From Centroscyllium fabricii (Eukaryota): a DNA stretch of 64,000 bases. The stretch is taken from NCBI GenBank assembly GCA_051313645.2, contig JBNRSN020000029.1, positions 19,840,001-19,904,000 on the forward strand. Direction: 5' to 3'. The position numbers and the translations under genes were made by a program. This document shows positions 61,087 through 64,000 of the stretch, one piece after another. Position 1 is the stretch's first letter. The number at the start of each line of letters is the position of its first letter. The notes below the pieces were generated by a model. It was not told where the DNA came from. It made no database searches and was given only the letters and a program-made list of their open reading frames with translations.

Positions 61087-64000
61087 TGTCATAGGTTGGA
61101 TTCCCCTTTAACTCATAGGTGGGCTCTTCTCCTTTAAACTGGTCAGCACCTCGTTAACTACTGCATGCACCTGATTGGGCAGCCCAGATTAACCAGTAGT
61201 TTCTAGAGCTGTATATAAACTCCCACTTTTCACCATGAGGTTGCCAGATCGCTATTTCTTCTTGACTGTGATACATGTGTTTAGTTCCTAGCTCTCTGAT
61301 CCTGTCTGTTCGTGATACTGACATGCTTACTGGAAATTTGGATTCTCTTCTGCTTGAACTCTGTCTTGGATTTGTCGCTCCCGTGGACGGACTACCGGGT
61401 ATATTACTGTTTCTGAATTTGGATTCTATCCTGCCTGAACTCTGTTTTGGACTTGTTGCCTCCGTGAACTTTCTGCCGTTATTCACCTACTGTTTCCCAT
61501 GTCTTTGACTGCTCGGAAATAAAGGAGTTTACTTCTACGTATGTTTTCGGTGTATTGCATTTGGGCCCAACCTACAACCGTTACAGAATGATCTGGCCAG
61601 AAATGGACACAGCAGACACACCGAATCGGCTTGCGCAGATCGAGGGCCTCCTACAACAACTGGGGCAGGCCTTGGAGGGGCTAACAGCCCGAGTTGAGCA
61701 GCTAACCGCCCCCCGGATCCAACAGGCAGCTTCGAATCCGGCAGGGACCGTACTACCACCAGTTCTTGCTCCAGCATCGGGGTCGGCAACCATGCCTCAT
61801 CTACAAGGCCTCACTCCCGAACCCCGGGTCGGGGTCACGGAGCGTTATGCCGGTGAACCTGAGCAATGCAATCCCTTCCTCACAAACTGTTCCATTCTTT
61901 TTTCATTGCAACCCCACACCTTTGCCAATGAGGCGGCAAGGGTAGCCTTTGCTATTAACCACCTTACAGGAAGAGCTCAACTCTGGGGAACCGCGGAGTG
62001 GTAGAGAGAGACTCTGGCTTGCTCTTACTTCCAGAGGTTCGCCATCGAATTAAGAAAGGTGTTTGGCATGGTGACCTACGGCTCTGAAGCAGCTCGGGGA
62101 CTCATGAATCTGAGCCAGGGTAATCAGACAGTGGCCGACTATTCCATAGACTTCCGAATCAGAGCTCGACAGAGTGATTGGAACTCTGCTGCATTATGTG
62201 ACGTTTTTCTTCATGGGCTTGCAGAGTACATCAAGGATGAACTGGTCTCCTATGATCTCCCTTCCACCCTGGATGAACTAATTAGTCTTGCCACCAGGAT
62301 CGATCTCCGTATCCAGGCGCGTCGACGTGAGAGACGACTGGGAAATACTGGTCGACCTCCTCCGAAACGGTCACAAGGGATATTCGTGGCGCAAATGTCT
62401 ACTGCGACAGCAGGGTCACAGCCAGTGGGTCCCGAACCAATGCAGTTGGGTCGCACCAGTCTCTCATTGGTGGAGCATGAAAAACGCCACCAGGGGAATC
62501 TCTGTTTGTACTGCGGCCAGTCCGGCCATTTTGTTTCCCAATGCCCAGCAAAAGGCCGGACTCACCAGTAGATGGAGTCGTACTGGTGAGTCGAACTCCT
62601 ACAAGACTCTCTCCCAATCCACGGCCCTTGTGCCAGGCCAGACTTCTTCTTCCCAGGGGATCCCAGACTCTCGTCACCTTTATTGAATCTGGAGCCGACG
62701 TCAACATTATTGATGAGGATCTTGTCTCACAGCTGGAGATTGACCGGGTTCCACTGCCACAGCCGGTTCCAGCCAACACCCTAGACGGTCACCTCCTGGG
62801 AACAGTGACACATCAGACCTCACCAGTTCACATGCTTATTTCTGGTAATCATCATGAAAGCATTCAATTTCATATCCTGAAATCACCTCGGCTTCCTTTG
62901 ATTCTGGGACACACTTGGCTTCGCCGCCACAATCCCCACATTGACTGGAACACGGGAGCTATTTTGGGGTGGAGTTCCTCCTGTCACCAGGTCTGTCTGA
63001 AACAGGCTACCGTCTTCCGACAGCCATTAACACCTCTTCCCGCTTCAGATCTTTCTGTGGTTCACACTGAATACCACGATTTTAGGGAGGTATTCAGCAA
63101 AGCTAGAGCCACGTCTCTGCCTCCACATTGCCCCTATGACTGAGTCATTGATCTGCTGCCAGGTTCTTCCCCACCCAAGGGACGGCTGTATTCCTTGTCT
63201 GCACCTGAGAGGGAGGCCATGGAAACGTACATCAGCGACTCTATGGCGGCGGGGATCATCCGTTACTCTTCATCACTTGCTGGGGCTGGATACTTTTTTG
63301 TGGGTAAGAAGGGCGGGTCGCTGCGACCATGCATCGACTACAGGGGTCTTAATGACATCACAGTAAAGAACCGGTATCCTCTTCCTCTCATCTCTTCTGC
63401 TTTTGAGTTGCTACAGGGGGCGACCATCTTTACTAAGCTGGACCTTCGTAACGCCTATCATCTGGTCCGGATCCGAGAGGGCGATTAATGGAAGACTGCT
63501 TCCAACACTCCCTCTGGACATTATGAATACCTCGTAATGCCATTCGGGTTAACCAACGCCCCGGCGGTATTCCAAGCCGTGGTTAATGACGTTTTAAGAG
63601 ACATGCTGAACCGGTTTGTGTTCGTGTACATGGACGACATTTTAATCTTTTCTAAGTCTCATGAGGAGCATGTTCACCATGTCCAGGCTGTCCTGCAATG
63701 GCTTCTCGAGAACTCATTATTTGTGAAGGCGGAGAAGTGTGAGATTCACGTCACTTCCGTTTCTTTCTTGGGGTACATCATTGCGCAGGGGAGCGTGCAG
63801 ATGGATCCAGAGTAGGTGTCAGCTGTCACGTCATGGCCTATTCCAAAGACACGTAAACAGATACAGCGGTTTCTGGGATTCGCTAATTTCTATCGATGGT
63901 TCATTTGCAGCTACAGCACGGTAGCGGCCCCTTTATCGGCTCTTACCTCCTCTAAGGTGCCGTTCCTGTAGTCTTCTGCAGCGGAGGAGGCTTTTAGAGG
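61087..64000 (+). mobile_element. Sushi/Tf1-type Ty3/Gypsy retrotransposon, inactive: 5' LTR 61087-61585, gag 61603-62571 (premature TAG at 62002), pol in the -1 frame running off the window
   Basis: TG...CA LTR with TATATAAA (61212) and AATAAA (~61518); CLYCGQSGHFVSQC knuckle; protease FIESGAD (catalytic D>E); [24 protein letters not shown]; several in-frame stops. Confidence 0.96.

Noticed and set aside
61603-64000. Domesticated PEG10/RTL1-like gene
   Set aside because: It keeps an LTR and has premature stops in gag and pol plus a mutated protease aspartate, so it is a dead retrotransposon.

Overview
Eukaryotic, repeat-dominated window. The HE1-type V-SINEs with CR1 tails and the abundant CR1 LINEs point to a cartilaginous fish (inference). 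It holds one apparently intact host gene: a two-exon, minus-strand class A GPCR resembling GPR139/GPR142 (exon 1 20584-20653, missed by the ORF track; exon 2 16499-17403; 324 aa), with TATA and CCAAT motifs upstream. The gene lies between two degenerate satellites. One is a ~18-19 bp GT-rich array full of CCAAT boxes (1-9260); the other is a 46-bp array (about 23.6-42.6 kb, resuming at 57.5 kb). The rest is decayed mobile DNA: many CR1 copies, SINEs, an RTEX-like 3' fragment, and a Penelope-like element carrying a minimal hammerhead ribozyme. There are also two Ty3/Gypsy elements whose primer-binding sites are complementary to their own LTRs (self-priming), an internally deleted class I-like endogenous retrovirus with a tRNA-Ser-like PBS, and a ~0.7-0.8 kb non-coding TIR element family with conserved, covarying hairpins. 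A nested CR1>ERV>Gypsy stack at 42.5-57.5 kb can be explained by successive insertions plus one deletion. All calls were made by eye; family names rest on recalled motifs, not database searches, and boundaries of old elements are approximate.
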